Numbered from the stretch's first letter, positions 1-10,197 are shown. The stretch: DNA of 32,000 nt from Coprobacillaceae bacterium (GCA_963675515.1 OY776328.1:660001-692000), one strand, 5' to 3'. Numbers and translations are program-made. The notes: a model not told the origin generated them from the letters alone.

Positions 1-558
1 GAATCGGTATTGAGCACTGCCATCATCAACATGGGGTTCAATATGTCGTTGTTTTCGATCGGTAAGATGGTTATGCAGGGGAGAAACAATTGCAAAAACG
101 GATTGACATTTGATCTTAGAAGTTTGCTGTCTCCTGGAATAATCGCTTCGGTGTTGGCAATAACAATTTATGCTTTGAACATTCAAATAGGCGAGACTAT
201 TGCCAAACCCATTGCGTCAGTTGGTTCCATGACCACACCGTTGGCTATGATCATTATCGGGTTAACTCTGTCACAATACAGCTGGAAAAGCATATTCTCT
301 GATTTTAGAGTATACCGGTTTACCATATTAGGCAATGTCATCGTACCGGTCATATTTTACCCTGTGCTAAACTATTTTATTAAGGATCCGATGATTTTGG
401 GGATATCTTTGATAATCTTGGCAATGCCAGTTGCGAATAATGCGGCCCTGTTTGCGAAGAATTACGGAGCAGATGAGTTTCTTGCAGCCAAAACAGTTTT
501 CATAACTACCATTTTATCGATTATCACGATTCCTATCGTGATATACTTGTTTTTATAA
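1..558 (+). CDS. AEC (auxin efflux carrier/Mem_trans) family permease, C-terminal part; 5' end lies outside the window
   Basis: Frame 1 is open from nt 1, so the listed TTG at 10 is probably internal. The sequence is very hydrophobic and multi-TM, with the C-terminal segment LAMPVANNAALFAKNYGAD...ITIPIVIYLFL typical of AEC permeases. Confidence 0.7.
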   Translation, partial: ESVLSTAIINMGFNMSLFSIGKMVMQGRNNCKNGLTFDLRSLLSPGIIASVLAITIYALNIQIGETIAKPIASVGSMTTPLAMIIIGLTLSQYSWKSIFSDFRVYRFTILGNVIVPVIFYPVLNYFIKDPMILGISLIILAMPVANNAALFAKNYGADEFLAAKTVFITTILSIITIPIVIYLFL

Positions 559-1080
559 CTCCAGATAATGGTGATGGATGATTATTCAATAATAATATTT
601 TAAAAATAACCTGTAGTGTTGCTGGATTGGCAAAATGTCATAGTCTATATTGGTGTGAGGTTTGAATTGCCTTAGCTGAGTTCGGGTTACCAATTAAATT
701 TAATTTAAAGTATGGTAGAAGAGTTTGTGGAGAAAATCTATGAACTCTTTTTACATTGTGAATGTGCTGCCTGCAATATTAAATGCTTCTGGTTGGTTTA
801 TATGTCTCCCCCCAAAAACAAAATATGTTAATGTCTCATGCGGTTTTTCTAATAATAACTTCTAGGTTTGAGATATACATCCCTGAATCTTATGGCAAAT
901 TGAGACAAATATTCCGTGGGGATTCAAGAATTTTGAGACGACACCGATACATCTATTCCGGTTGCTTAAAATGGCTTCAAATTCCATGAAAGTACTGTTA
1001 TTATAAGCATGTCGGAGAGCTTTAAATGACAAAACCAAAATCATCCGGCAATCAAAATCGAATCGGAAAGGGCAATGATT

Positions 1081-1389
1081 ATGAGAATTTTATTAGCGTG
1101 TGCGGCAGGAATGTCGACCAGTTTGTTGGTTACAAGAATGGACAAAACAGCAGTTGCCAGAGGGATGGATGTTGAAATAGAAGCAATGCCAGTGGCCAAA
1201 GCATCAGACATCCTGACAGAATGGGACATAGTATTGTTAGGTCCGCAAGTAAGGTTTCAGCTAAAGTCATTTGAAGAAAAAGTGGCAGGGAAAATTCCGG
1301 TTACAGTCATCAATATGAGAGACTACGGGACGATGAATGCGGATGCGATTTTGGATGCCGCAATCAAAACGCTTGAGGAATTCAGATAA
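1081..1389 (+). CDS. PTS lactose/cellobiose-family EIIB component (orphan: no IIA or IIC in the window)
   Basis: MRILLACAAGMSTSLLV carries the phospho-Cys motif of cellobiose-type EIIB, and the size is about 100 aa. The SD GGAAAGGG (1065-1072) fits the ATG at 1081 better than the listed ATG at 1075. Confidence 0.85.
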   Translation: MRILLACAAGMSTSLLVTRMDKTAVARGMDVEIEAMPVAKASDILTEWDIVLLGPQVRFQLKSFEEKVAGKIPVTVINMRDYGTMNADAILDAAIKTLEEFR

Positions 1390-1780
1390 ACTATTAGCTA
1401 TCCAATAATTTACTCAGTAAAATCATAATTGATCTATCTATCCTATAAAAGTGCAAAATACGGATAAAGATTTATCCGGATATTGTTGGAAATAATCGGT
1501 TGCATTGTGGAATTTGTTTATTGTATACATGAAAACTCTTGTTTAACAATCGCCAATGAAGCCTAGTTAAACGAACTCCCAATTTGTTTATTCCCTCCAT
1601 ATGTGCACAACTTTTATTTTCCGTATCTTCCTTTGCGTTCCGGGACTATGATGGCTGGGTTATGATTTTAGTGGCTAAATTATTTCTTTGATTTACCACG
1701 AAACTTAAAAAATTTAAACTATGATATGGCTATTTTATAAATGCCTATATTTATGTGACAACTAATATACAGGAGATTAT

Positions 1781-2563
1781 ATGAGCAAAGTACTATTTTT
1801 CGATATTGATGGAACGCTGATAAGCAACCATGAAGGTTACAGCGAGATTGACAGTAAGGTTTTGGAGAAGTTCGAAGAAATGAAGAATGACGGACATCAT
1901 CTTTTCATAGCTACCGGCCGACCTTTCGCTTTTGTCAATGAGTATATCGCTTCAGTTGGATTCGATGGTTACGTCATGGCGAACGGTTCGCATGTCATGA
2001 TTGATGGAAAAACGATATTTGAAAACTGCCTGGGCGAGAATAAGGTCAGAAGAATTGTTGAATTTCTAGATTCACGTGGAGTTGAATATATCCTTCAGGA
2101 TAACAGGTACGGTTACCTTGATCCGAAATTCGAGAGAATGCTGGAATTCTATCGGACCTGCACCATAAAGGAAGATCACCTGGTTTTCGATTTTGATGAT
2201 TCAATTTATTCTAAAATCATCAAGATGGAAATCAACATGGAACCCGAGATGGAAGCGGAAATGATTGAATTTCTAGGTGACGAGTACAATTATGATTTCA
2301 ATGGAACCGTGAATCTTTTCGAGGTATATTCAAAAGGGATAACAAAGGCTGAAGGCATCGCAAAGGCTTTGGACCATTACCGGTTGGCAATCGAGGACAG
2401 CTATGCATTTGGTGATGGACATAACGATATCGCCATGATCAAAGCTGCCGGATGTGGCGTGGTCATGGGTAATGGAGTTGACGAACTTAAACAAGTCGGG
2501 GACTACATCACCGACGATTTCAAGGATGACGGGTTGATAAATGCCTTGAATCGCTTTTTTTAA
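1781..2563 (+). CDS. Cof-type HAD-IIB family hydrolase (sugar-phosphate phosphatase-like)
   Basis: N-terminal FFDIDGTL (HAD motif I), C-terminal FGDGHNDIAM (motif IV), 260 aa, AGGAG SD upstream. Confidence 0.85.
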   Translation: MSKVLFFDIDGTLISNHEGYSEIDSKVLEKFEEMKNDGHHLFIATGRPFAFVNEYIASVGFDGYVMANGSHVMIDGKTIFENCLGENKVRRIVEFLDSRGVEYILQDNRYGYLDPKFERMLEFYRTCTIKEDHLVFDFDDSIYSKIIKMEINMEPEMEAEMIEFLGDEYNYDFNGTVNLFEVYSKGITKAEGIAKALDHYRLAIEDSYAFGDGHNDIAMIKAAGCGVVMGNGVDELKQVGDYITDDFKDDGLINALNRFF

Positions 2564-2575
2564 ATGATTTAACTT

Positions 2576-2607
2576 GGTTGATGATGATTCTTCATCAGCC
2601 ATTTTTT
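2576..2607 (+). terminator. Intrinsic terminator after the HAD gene
   Basis: GGTTGATGA / TCATCAGCC stem (one G-U pair) followed by ATTTTTT. Confidence 0.5.
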
Positions 2608-2807
2608 GTTCCGTTAACACAATTGTTTTCAGTTGCTGCAATTAAGTGTACAAATCAGGATTTCTTGATATATTATACTTAAGGGATTGAATATGGGAGA
2701 AGAATTGACAACCAAACATTGGATTTGTTCAACCTGGATCAATATTATAAGAAAGGATGCTATAGACTTCGAATGTTGTTTGTTCGGGGCTATGGAAGTG
2801 ACCAATT

Positions 2808-3659
2808 ATGAACATATTTGAATTGCTGAAAAACAAGAAATTGCCACCTAATGAAAGAACTGTTGCGGAGTTTATAATCGATCAACCAATCAAGTTCCTC
2901 GATATGAATATCCAGCAGCTTGCCAAAGCCTGTTTCGTGTCGCGCTCGACAATATATCGTTTGTGCGACCGGTTGGAACTCAATGGCTTGGCGGATTTGA
3001 AAGTGAAAGTATCCGGTTCCCTGGATGCGTTTTTGAGCACTGGTGATTTCAATTATGACTTTCCTGTAGCACACAATACCAACCCTGTCCAGGTGGCTCA
3101 CAAGATCAAAGAGGATTACCAGCGGACAATGGAGGCGACTTTTGGTTATTTCTCTGAACAGCGACTAAAGAGCGCTGTCAATGCGATGAGCCGGGCCAAG
3201 GTGGTGGACATCTATACCTCAGCCGGACATACATCATTTGCCCAGAATTTCCAGTTCCAGATGCAGGAAATCGGCAAGGTCGTCAATGTGCCTGTCGAGG
3301 AATATCGCCAACGGTTGACTGCAGCCTCAAGCGACCAGAGCCATCTTGCGATAATAATTTCCTTTGCGGGACGGGGATTGCTTGTCGATATCATCGCCAA
3401 GATACTGGCTGAAAGAAAAGTGCCGATATTGTTGATCACTGCCTATGAATCGGGGTTTGAAAGCATAAAGGCGGATTATCATCTGTACATGTGCCCTTAT
3501 GAAGACTCGTACAACAAGATATCATCATTTTCCACCAGGTTCTCGCTTCTTTACATCCTAGATGTACTTTACACTTGCTATTTCGATCTTGACTACCAGG
3601 GAACCTTGCAAAAGAAACTGGACTATTTCTACAAGATAAACAAGTATCGCTACGAGTGA
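2808..3659 (+). CDS. MurR/RpiR family transcriptional regulator (HTH_6 + SIS domain)
   Basis: N-terminal HTH (ERTVAEFIIDQP...IQQLAKACFVSRSTIYRLCDRLELNG). The C-terminal part has a SIS-like organisation, and the size is 283 aa. Confidence 0.85.
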   Translation: MNIFELLKNKKLPPNERTVAEFIIDQPIKFLDMNIQQLAKACFVSRSTIYRLCDRLELNGLADLKVKVSGSLDAFLSTGDFNYDFPVAHNTNPVQVAHKIKEDYQRTMEATFGYFSEQRLKSAVNAMSRAKVVDIYTSAGHTSFAQNFQFQMQEIGKVVNVPVEEYRQRLTAASSDQSHLAIIISFAGRGLLVDIIAKILAERKVPILLITAYESGFESIKADYHLYMCPYEDSYNKISSFSTRFSLLYILDVLYTCYFDLDYQGTLQKKLDYFYKINKYRYE

Positions 3660-3755
3660 TTTGGATTTTTAGCGTAGGCTACTGCGATTCAATAGCTTCA
3701 TATATTTGATAAAGGAAATTGACTGATATCTCGAAATTTTCAAAATGGTGAAACT

Positions 3756-3785
3756 TTTACACATATTCAAGTTTTATGTTATAAT
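3756..3785 (+). promoter_or_regulatory. Sigma-A type promoter candidate for the histidine phosphatase gene
   Basis: TTTACA (3756-3761), 18-nt spacer, then extended -10 TGtTATAAT (3777-3785), about 50 nt upstream of the ATG at 3837. Confidence 0.4.
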
Positions 3786-3836
3786 CAGTTCGAAATGGAA
3801 AGTAAGAAGTGAATTTTTTAGAGATAGGAGGGTTCT

Positions 3837-4412
3837 ATGAAGAAATATTTATATTTAATGAGACATGGTGAAACGTTGTTTAACGTGAAAAGAAGAATTC
3901 AGGGATCGTGCGATTCACCGCTGACTGAAAACGGCATCAACCAAGCCAATAAGGCGTCGCGTTATTTTGAGGCAATTGAGCTTGATTATGCATACAGTTC
4001 CACTGCGGAAAGAAGCGCGGACACTTTGGAAATAGTTACTAAAAACTCAATGCCTTATGACAGGATGAAGGGTTTAAAAGAAAGAAACTTCGGTATTTTC
4101 GAAGGCGAAAGTGAAGATATTCATTTAAGAAAGCATTTTGAAACCATCTACGCGGAATATGGCGGAGAAACAGTTTATGAGGTCAGAGAAAGAATGGTGA
4201 ATACTTTGACTGATATAATGGAACGGGATAACCACAACAATGTCCTTGCTGTTTCCCATGCCGGGGCGTGCATGAGCTTTTTGACCAACTGGGAAAATCC
4301 ACAAGATCACCTTAAATCCGGAGTTCCAAATTGTTGCATTTTCAAATACGAATATAGTGACAGAACTTTCAAATTGGTCGATTTGATCGATCCGAACGCT
4401 GACAATTATTGA
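3837..4412 (+). CDS. Histidine phosphatase superfamily protein (phosphoglycerate mutase-like)
   Basis: LMRHGETLFN catalytic RHG motif, downstream SHAG, 191 aa, GGAGGG SD. Confidence 0.85.
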   Translation: MKKYLYLMRHGETLFNVKRRIQGSCDSPLTENGINQANKASRYFEAIELDYAYSSTAERSADTLEIVTKNSMPYDRMKGLKERNFGIFEGESEDIHLRKHFETIYAEYGGETVYEVRERMVNTLTDIMERDNHNNVLAVSHAGACMSFLTNWENPQDHLKSGVPNCCIFKYEYSDRTFKLVDLIDPNADNY

Positions 4413-4510
4413 TTCAAACTTCATCCCCTATGAAAATAGATAGAAAAACATGCTTGAAAATTTAAAATAGTTATGATATTGTTTTTCCTAGAAAATTCAA
4501 TAAAACACTT

Positions 4511-4570
4511 AAGACAATAAATGTCGCTTTTCCAATGTCGGACGGAGAGGCGCTTTGTTGTCTTTTTTTT
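4511..4570 (+). terminator. Compound hairpin plus T8 run (terminator or leader attenuator) directly upstream of the next gene's SD
   Basis: Outer stem AAGACAATAAA/TTTGTTGTCTT, inner stem CGCTTTTCC/GGAGAGGCG (with G-U pairs), then TCTTTTTTTT. Confidence 0.4.
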
Positions 4571-4600
4571 GTTGAATTTTATGAAAGGGAGGTTAATGAT

Positions 4601-5086
4601 ATGCCTAAAAACAAATTTGAAGAAGTGATATTTACATTGATGGTTTCTGGTTCGATGATATTTTTTATGGGAGTTTACAACATATGGATCAATAAGGGTG
4701 GAACCTTGACTACAATAGTTGCCCATGAGATTGCAGCGTTTCCGTTGGAATGGCTAATTGGATTTATCCTGGCATTTTTTGGTGCATCAAAGATTTCAAA
4801 ACATCTGACTTTTAAAATTATCAATCCTGACAGCAAGCCTTTGTCGAAAATCCTATTGATCCAGACATTCACGGTTTGCACAATGGTGCCGCTAATGAGT
4901 GCGGTAGGAATATTCGAGGCAATGGGTCTCACGGAAGAAATGCCAAAATTGTGGATAAAAGCAATGATGATCAACTTTGTCGTGGCTTATCCGCTGCAAC
5001 TGTTGATTGTAGGTCCTGCGTGCCGATATTTGTTCAGATGGATATTCGGAAAACGTGGTTCGATGAAAATCGGACTGGATAACTAG
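4601..5086 (+). CDS. DUF2798-like small integral membrane protein
   Basis: Start moved to the ATG at 4601, behind AAAGGGAGG. The N-terminus MPKNKFEEVIFTLMVSGSMIFFMGVYN and the two-fold repeated 2-TM organisation resemble DUF2798 proteins as I recall them. Confidence 0.5.
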   Translation: MPKNKFEEVIFTLMVSGSMIFFMGVYNIWINKGGTLTTIVAHEIAAFPLEWLIGFILAFFGASKISKHLTFKIINPDSKPLSKILLIQTFTVCTMVPLMSAVGIFEAMGLTEEMPKLWIKAMMINFVVAYPLQLLIVGPACRYLFRWIFGKRGSMKIGLDN

Positions 5087-5225
5087 TCTAGGAATAAGGC
5101 GTGCATGTGAGATTTCATCATGAATGATCGGGTATCATGGTCGGCCATGCAGTTGACTGTATGTCGGTTTTTTAAATGAATTAAAAATCGTTTGATAGAC
5201 AGTTATTGTCGATTGTCCGTAATTC

Positions 5226-5267
5226 AATGGCTGTAGTTGCCCTAAGGAGACTACAGCCATTTTATTT
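5226..5267 (+). terminator. Intrinsic terminator
   Basis: 12-bp perfect stem AATGGCTGTAGT / ACTACAGCCATT followed by TTTATTT. Confidence 0.6.
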
Positions 5268-5375
5268 GAGCAACTTTTGTGGTCTTGACAATATTTGCAT
5301 ATGGATAATTGCGTCCGTTGAAGTATCTAACTACCACTTCCTGGCATTGACAAATATATTGATGACAATGGAACA

Positions 5376-5389
5376 AAAAAGCGCTTTCA
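5376..5389 (+). promoter_or_regulatory. Possible cre (CcpA) site upstream of the GPH transporter operon
   Basis: AAAAAGCGCTTTCA compared with the palindromic cre core TGAAAGCGCTTTCA. The right half is perfect; the left half lacks the TG. Confidence 0.25.
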
Positions 5390-5457
5390 GGTAGCTTGCG
5401 TGTTTTGTTAGAATTTAAACAGTTGATATATCACTAATACAAATAGGAGAAGAAGTT

Positions 5458-6852
5458 ATGGAACAAAAATTAGATTCAAAGTTTGTCAATAAACCGAGTT
5501 TGAAACTGGCGAAAAAGAGCGCTGTCATTCTATACGGTTTGGGAGATCTTGCTTCACAGTTTGTCTGGACGTTTGTCGGATCGTATCTGACAATTTTTTA
5601 CACTGACATTGTCGGTATGACTCCGGCAGCTGTTTCTATCATCATGTTGTTGGCGCGGATTTGGGATGGGATTAATGATCCGATGATGGGTGCTCTGGCA
5701 GAGCGGACAAGATCAAAGTTTGGAAGATTCAGACCATGGATTGCCTTTGGGTGCCCGTTTCTAGCTGTTTTTGGGGTACTTACATTTGTCAATATGGGAA
5801 ATGGAACAGGTGGAGTGATTTTCTCAGCGGTGATTTACATATTAGCGGGTATGCTTTATACAGTTGTTAATATTCCGTATTCATCTTTGGCTGCCGTAAT
5901 GACGGAGGATGCCAATCAAAGAAACCTGATTGGGACATCAAGGTCAATCGGCATGAACTTAGGCATGATTATTGTAAACTCATGTTCTGCGGGACTTGCA
6001 TTGTTCTTTTCGGGTGAAGGGGCTTTGGTGGCAAATAGTCGTGGTTATATGATGGTTGCTGCAATTTATGGGCTGATCTCAATTCCTCTGTTTTTGGCGG
6101 TGTTCTTCTCTTCTAAGGAACTTGTTATGCCTGTTCATGATATGCGCAAGGTTACATTCAAAGAGACGATCTACAATGTGGTAAGTAATCGGTATTTAAT
6201 GGTTGTATTCTTTGCCTGTCTATTACAAATGACTGCTTTCATGGGAAGAATCGCAATCACCACATATTATGTAATTTACTGTCTTGGAGCGTTTACGCTT
6301 ATTGCTTTGATTATGACAATTCCTTCGATCGGCGGGGTGATCGGATCGTGTTTTGTGGCCAAATTCGCCAAGAAGTTTGGGAAAAGAAATGTGTTGATGG
6401 CTACCTTTGTCGGTCAGGGGATCGGGCTGTTGATCGTGTATTTTGCATCATTCGAGAATATGAATCAGATTCTTGTAGGGCACTGGATTTATGGTATCTT
6501 CAACTGTGGATTCCCGTTGACACTGGCAATGGTGGCTGATTCTGTTGATTATCAAGAAAAGAAATCAGGTATCAGAACTGATGGTACAGCTTATGCCACA
6601 TACGGCTTGTCAACAAAGGTGGGTAATGCCATCGGTGCGGCTGTGGGTGTGCTGATGTTGGCTGGATTTGGCTATGTCGCCAACCACGAACAAACCATGG
6701 TGGTTAAGCAGGGGATAAATCTAACGGTCAATCTTATCCCGGCTATCCTGCTATTTGTAGCTGCGGCTTTGCTGTTGCTGTGGAATAAGAAGGATTCTGA
6801 ATTCGATGAGATACGTTCTGAATTAAGGGAAATAAAAGATACTAGGGAATAG
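5458..6852 (+). CDS. GPH family (glycoside-pentoside-hexuronide):cation symporter, MFS superfamily
   Basis: YGLGDLASQFVWTFVGSYLTIFYTDIVG...ARIWDGINDPMMG...SKFGRFRPWI are classic MelB/YicJ/XynP family motifs. The protein has 12 TM segments and 464 aa. Confidence 0.85.
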   Translation: MEQKLDSKFVNKPSLKLAKKSAVILYGLGDLASQFVWTFVGSYLTIFYTDIVGMTPAAVSIIMLLARIWDGINDPMMGALAERTRSKFGRFRPWIAFGCPFLAVFGVLTFVNMGNGTGGVIFSAVIYILAGMLYTVVNIPYSSLAAVMTEDANQRNLIGTSRSIGMNLGMIIVNSCSAGLALFFSGEGALVANSRGYMMVAAIYGLISIPLFLAVFFSSKELVMPVHDMRKVTFKETIYNVVSNRYLMVVFFACLLQMTAFMGRIAITTYYVIYCLGAFTLIALIMTIPSIGGVIGSCFVAKFAKKFGKRNVLMATFVGQGIGLLIVYFASFENMNQILVGHWIYGIFNCGFPLTLAMVADSVDYQEKKSGIRTDGTAYATYGLSTKVGNAIGAAVGVLMLAGFGYVANHEQTMVVKQGINLTVNLIPAILLFVAAALLLLWNKKDSEFDEIRSELREIKDTRE

Positions 6853-6865
6853 ATACTTAAGTAAG

Positions 6866-6899
6866 ATACGTCAGAAGATATACTCTGGCGTATTTTCTT
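6866..6899 (+). terminator. Weak terminator or attenuator between the transporter and the enzyme genes
   Basis: ATACGTCAGA / TCTGGCGTAT stem (one G-U pair), 8-nt loop, then TTTCTT. Confidence 0.35.
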
Positions 6900-7065
6900 A
6901 AAAGCATAAGCAAAAATCAATGCGCAATATTTGACTTAGTTTTTGTTCTATGTGGTTCGAAGCAAATTGAAAGCAAAATATTTGTGGCGTTGTGGACAAA
7001 TATGCGCAAGCTGAAATTGCGTTTAAGTAATACAATTTTATTACATCAATTAAGGAGAAAATAAT

Positions 7066-8178
7066 ATGAACAAAAAGAAATTACAGGTGGCAATCATCGG
7101 GTGTGGTGGAATTGCCAATCAAAAGCATTTCCCAGCACTGAAAACGCAATCTGATAAATGCGAGATGGTTGCGTTCTGCGATATCGTTCGCGAAAGAGCT
7201 GAGGAAGCTGCAAAGAAATACGGCGGCGAAAACGCAAGGGTATATGAAGATTATCGGGAATTGTTGAATGACAAAACTATTGATGTTGTTCACGTGTGTA
7301 CTCCAAATGTTTCACACAGTCCAATTACCGTCGCTGCTTTTGAGGCAGGAAAGAACGTTCTTTGCGAAAAACCAATGGCTGCGACTACAGAGGATGCTGA
7401 AAAAATGATGGCGGCATGGAAGAAGTCAGGTAAGAAATTCACAATTGGTTACCAAAACAGATTCAGAAAAGATACCCAGACTTTACATGCATCTTGTGAA
7501 TCTGGTGATCTTGGGGAAATCTATTTCGCAAAAGCACATGCAATCAGAAGACGTGCTGTACCTACTTGGGGCGTGTTTCCTGATAAATCGAAACAGGGTG
7601 GTGGACCGTTGATAGATATTGGAACGCATGCATTGGATATAACGCTTTGGATGATGGACAACTATGATGTTGACAGTGTCACAGGTTCTGTTTTTGAGAA
7701 GCTGGGTCATATGGAAGAGGCGACTTTAGGAAACATGTTTGGGCCGTGGGATCCTGAAACTTACGAGGTTGAGGACTCGGCGTTTGGATATATCAAAATG
7801 AAAAACGGTGCGACAATATTCCTTGAATCTGCGTGGGCAATCAATATGAAGGATTCCAAAGAGGCCGCTACAACTTTATGCGGAACCAAAGCCGGAGCTG
7901 AGATTATCGGAGGAATGAGTAAAGACGGTGGATACGAGCTTATTTACAACCAGACAACTCACGGACAACTCACTGAAGAAAGATTATCTCCAGGTGGGAC
8001 AATTGCTTTCTTTGCAGGGAAATCCGACAAGGAAGAAGTACTTGAATGTGAACAATGGTTAAATGCAATTATTGAAGATAAAGAACCGTTGGTGAAACCG
8101 GAGCAGGCATTCGTGGTTACGAAAATACTTGACCATATATATAAATCGGCCAAAGAAGGTCGAGAAATTAAATTTTAG
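7066..8178 (+). CDS. Gfo/Idh/MocA family NAD(P)-dependent oxidoreductase (candidate glycoside 3-oxidase, DgpA-like role)
   Basis: N-terminal Rossmann motif VAIIGCGGIANQKHFPAL, EKP motif (LCEKPMA), 370 aa, AAGGAG SD. Confidence 0.85.
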   Translation: MNKKKLQVAIIGCGGIANQKHFPALKTQSDKCEMVAFCDIVRERAEEAAKKYGGENARVYEDYRELLNDKTIDVVHVCTPNVSHSPITVAAFEAGKNVLCEKPMAATTEDAEKMMAAWKKSGKKFTIGYQNRFRKDTQTLHASCESGDLGEIYFAKAHAIRRRAVPTWGVFPDKSKQGGGPLIDIGTHALDITLWMMDNYDVDSVTGSVFEKLGHMEEATLGNMFGPWDPETYEVEDSAFGYIKMKNGATIFLESAWAINMKDSKEAATTLCGTKAGAEIIGGMSKDGGYELIYNQTTHGQLTEERLSPGGTIAFFAGKSDKEEVLECEQWLNAIIEDKEPLVKPEQAFVVTKILDHIYKSAKEGREIKF

Positions 8179-8189
8179 GAGGAAAATAA

Positions 8190-9125
8190 ATGAAACTAGG
8201 ATTTGTATCAGCCATCCTTGATGGTTATACATATGAAGAAATGATTGACACGGCATCCAGATTGGGCTTCCAATGCGTTGAGGTGGCTTGTTGGCCTGCA
8301 GGCAAAGCTGAGCGCAGGTATGCTGGGGTTTCACATATCGATGCTCAAAAGGTGATCGATGACAGTCAGTATAGAAATCATATTATGGCATATGCAAAAG
8401 AAAAGAATATCGAGATATCATCGCTTGGGTATTATCCAAATCCGCTTGATTCGGATTTGGATAAAAGAGAGATGGCGATATCTCATTTGAAAAACCTAAT
8501 CAAAGCCAGTGCCCTTTTAGGTGTCAATATGGTGACGACTTTCATTGGTCGTGATCAGTATAAGACAGTCGAAGAAAATCTTGAAATTGTCAATCAGGTG
8601 TGGCCAGACATCATCAGATTGGCTGAGGACAACCAAGTGAAGATAGCCATCGAAAACTGCCCTATGTTATTTGGGAGCGATCAATGGCCTTCCGGGCAGA
8701 ATCTGATGACGACACCGTCCAATTGGAGAAAGGTGTTTGACATCTTGCCAAGCGAATATCTGGGGATAAATTATGATCCATCACATTTTGTCTGGCAGAT
8801 GATAGACTACATCAAGCCTATTTATGAATTCAAGGACAAAATCTTCCATGTGCACTACAAGGATATCAAACTTTACAAAGACAAATTGGACCAGGTAGGA
8901 ATAATGGGTTATCCCCTGGATTTCATGTCTCCAAAAATACCGGGATTAGGCGATGTCGATTGGGGAAAATATGTGAGCGCTCTGACTGATATCGGATACA
9001 AAGGCCATACGTGCATAGAAGTTGAGGATAAAGCGTTTGAAGAAAATGAACAAGAAATTCTAAAAAGCCTTGTTCTGAGCAAAAGATACATTCAACAGTT
9101 TGTCGCTTCGGAGGAATCGCTATGA
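8190..9125 (+). CDS. Sugar phosphate isomerase/epimerase family protein (xylose isomerase-like TIM barrel)
   Basis: AP_endonuc_2-like pattern (GFQCVEV..., IAIENCP, HVHYKD, CIEVED). AGGAGG SD lies 11 nt after the previous stop. Confidence 0.8.
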   Translation: MKLGFVSAILDGYTYEEMIDTASRLGFQCVEVACWPAGKAERRYAGVSHIDAQKVIDDSQYRNHIMAYAKEKNIEISSLGYYPNPLDSDLDKREMAISHLKNLIKASALLGVNMVTTFIGRDQYKTVEENLEIVNQVWPDIIRLAEDNQVKIAIENCPMLFGSDQWPSGQNLMTTPSNWRKVFDILPSEYLGINYDPSHFVWQMIDYIKPIYEFKDKIFHVHYKDIKLYKDKLDQVGIMGYPLDFMSPKIPGLGDVDWGKYVSALTDIGYKGHTCIEVEDKAFEENEQEILKSLVLSKRYIQQFVASEESL

Positions 9126-10183
9126 ACAATATAAAATTCGGGATTATCGGCCATGGGTTCATGGGCCGGGAGCATGAAAAGATGTTATCGGAGTTTGATG
9201 GAATCGAGATAACAGCCATTGCGGACTGTGACCCAAAACAGCTCGATGGGATTGATTATCCAGTTGAGATTTATTCATCAGCCGATGAATTGCTGAAAAA
9301 TGGGGATATTGATGTGGTTATCATCGCCGCCAATAACAACCAGCATCTTGATCTGGTTACCATGGCTGCCAATGCCGGCAAGGATATCATCTGTGAAAAA
9401 CCAGCAGCTTTGTCGGTTGAAGAACTGGATGAAATGATCGCGGTTGTAGCGCGCAACAATGTGAAATTCACAATCCATCACCAACGGAGATTCGATCAGG
9501 ACTATCGGATTGTCAAAAGAATCTATGATGAAAACATGCTTGGTGACATATATACAATCAAGAATCAGCTATATGGATTCAATGGTAATATGCATGATTG
9601 GCATGTGTATATCACAGAAGGTGGCGGGATGTTGTTTGACTGGGGTGTCCATTTGATCGACCAGGTTCTCTGGATGGTTGATTCGAAAGTCAAATCGGTA
9701 TTTGCGACAATGAAAAATGTGATCAATTTTGAAGTTGATGACTATTTCAACATCAATCTGGTCTTTGAAAACGGCATCACTGCAGTAATTGAATTGGGGA
9801 CTTATTATCTTAAAGACCAGGACAAATGGTTCGAAAGACATTGGTTCATCGGCGGTAATAAAGGCAGCGCGTACGTCGACGGGTTCAGGCCGGAAGGCAA
9901 GATTGTCAGAACCACGGAATTGTTGCATAACGTTTCAGGGTCAAGGACAATGACAGTGGCGGGACCGACACGATCATTTGGAAATCCCCGCGAAGGACTG
10001 ATTATAACCGAACCATTGCCGACTGTGAATACACAGCATCGCAATTATTTTGAAAACTATGTTAAAGCCTACAATGGTGAAGAAGAATTCCTTGTGAAAA
10101 TACCGGAAGTAAGAAGAGTGATGGCTCTTATGGAAGCAATCCGGGAATCTGCACTGACCGGCAGGTCGGTAGATTTTGAGTGA
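9122..10183 (+). CDS. Gfo/Idh/MocA family oxidoreductase (second copy)
   Basis: FGIIGHGFMGREH Rossmann motif and ICEKPAA motif. The start overlaps the previous stop (ATGA). Confidence 0.85.
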   Translation: MNNIKFGIIGHGFMGREHEKMLSEFDGIEITAIADCDPKQLDGIDYPVEIYSSADELLKNGDIDVVIIAANNNQHLDLVTMAANAGKDIICEKPAALSVEELDEMIAVVARNNVKFTIHHQRRFDQDYRIVKRIYDENMLGDIYTIKNQLYGFNGNMHDWHVYITEGGGMLFDWGVHLIDQVLWMVDSKVKSVFATMKNVINFEVDDYFNINLVFENGITAVIELGTYYLKDQDKWFERHWFIGGNKGSAYVDGFRPEGKIVRTTELLHNVSGSRTMTVAGPTRSFGNPREGLIITEPLPTVNTQHRNYFENYVKAYNGEEEFLVKIPEVRRVMALMEAIRESALTGRSVDFE

Positions 10184-10197
10184 AAATGGAGAAAAAT

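Noticed and set aside
783-1229. Overlapping short ORFs 783-989 (+), 862-1044 (-) and 1041-1229 (-)
   Set aside because: They have no SD and no recognisable motifs, and they overlap one another. The last is antisense to the well-supported EIIB gene.
4535-4600. The listed upstream start (4535) of the 183-aa ORF, and likewise 14191, 21393, 26508, 28408, 31394 and 11654
   Set aside because: The N-terminal extensions run through terminator or leader sequence or lack an SD. Internal ATGs with good SDs give N-termini typical of the respective families.
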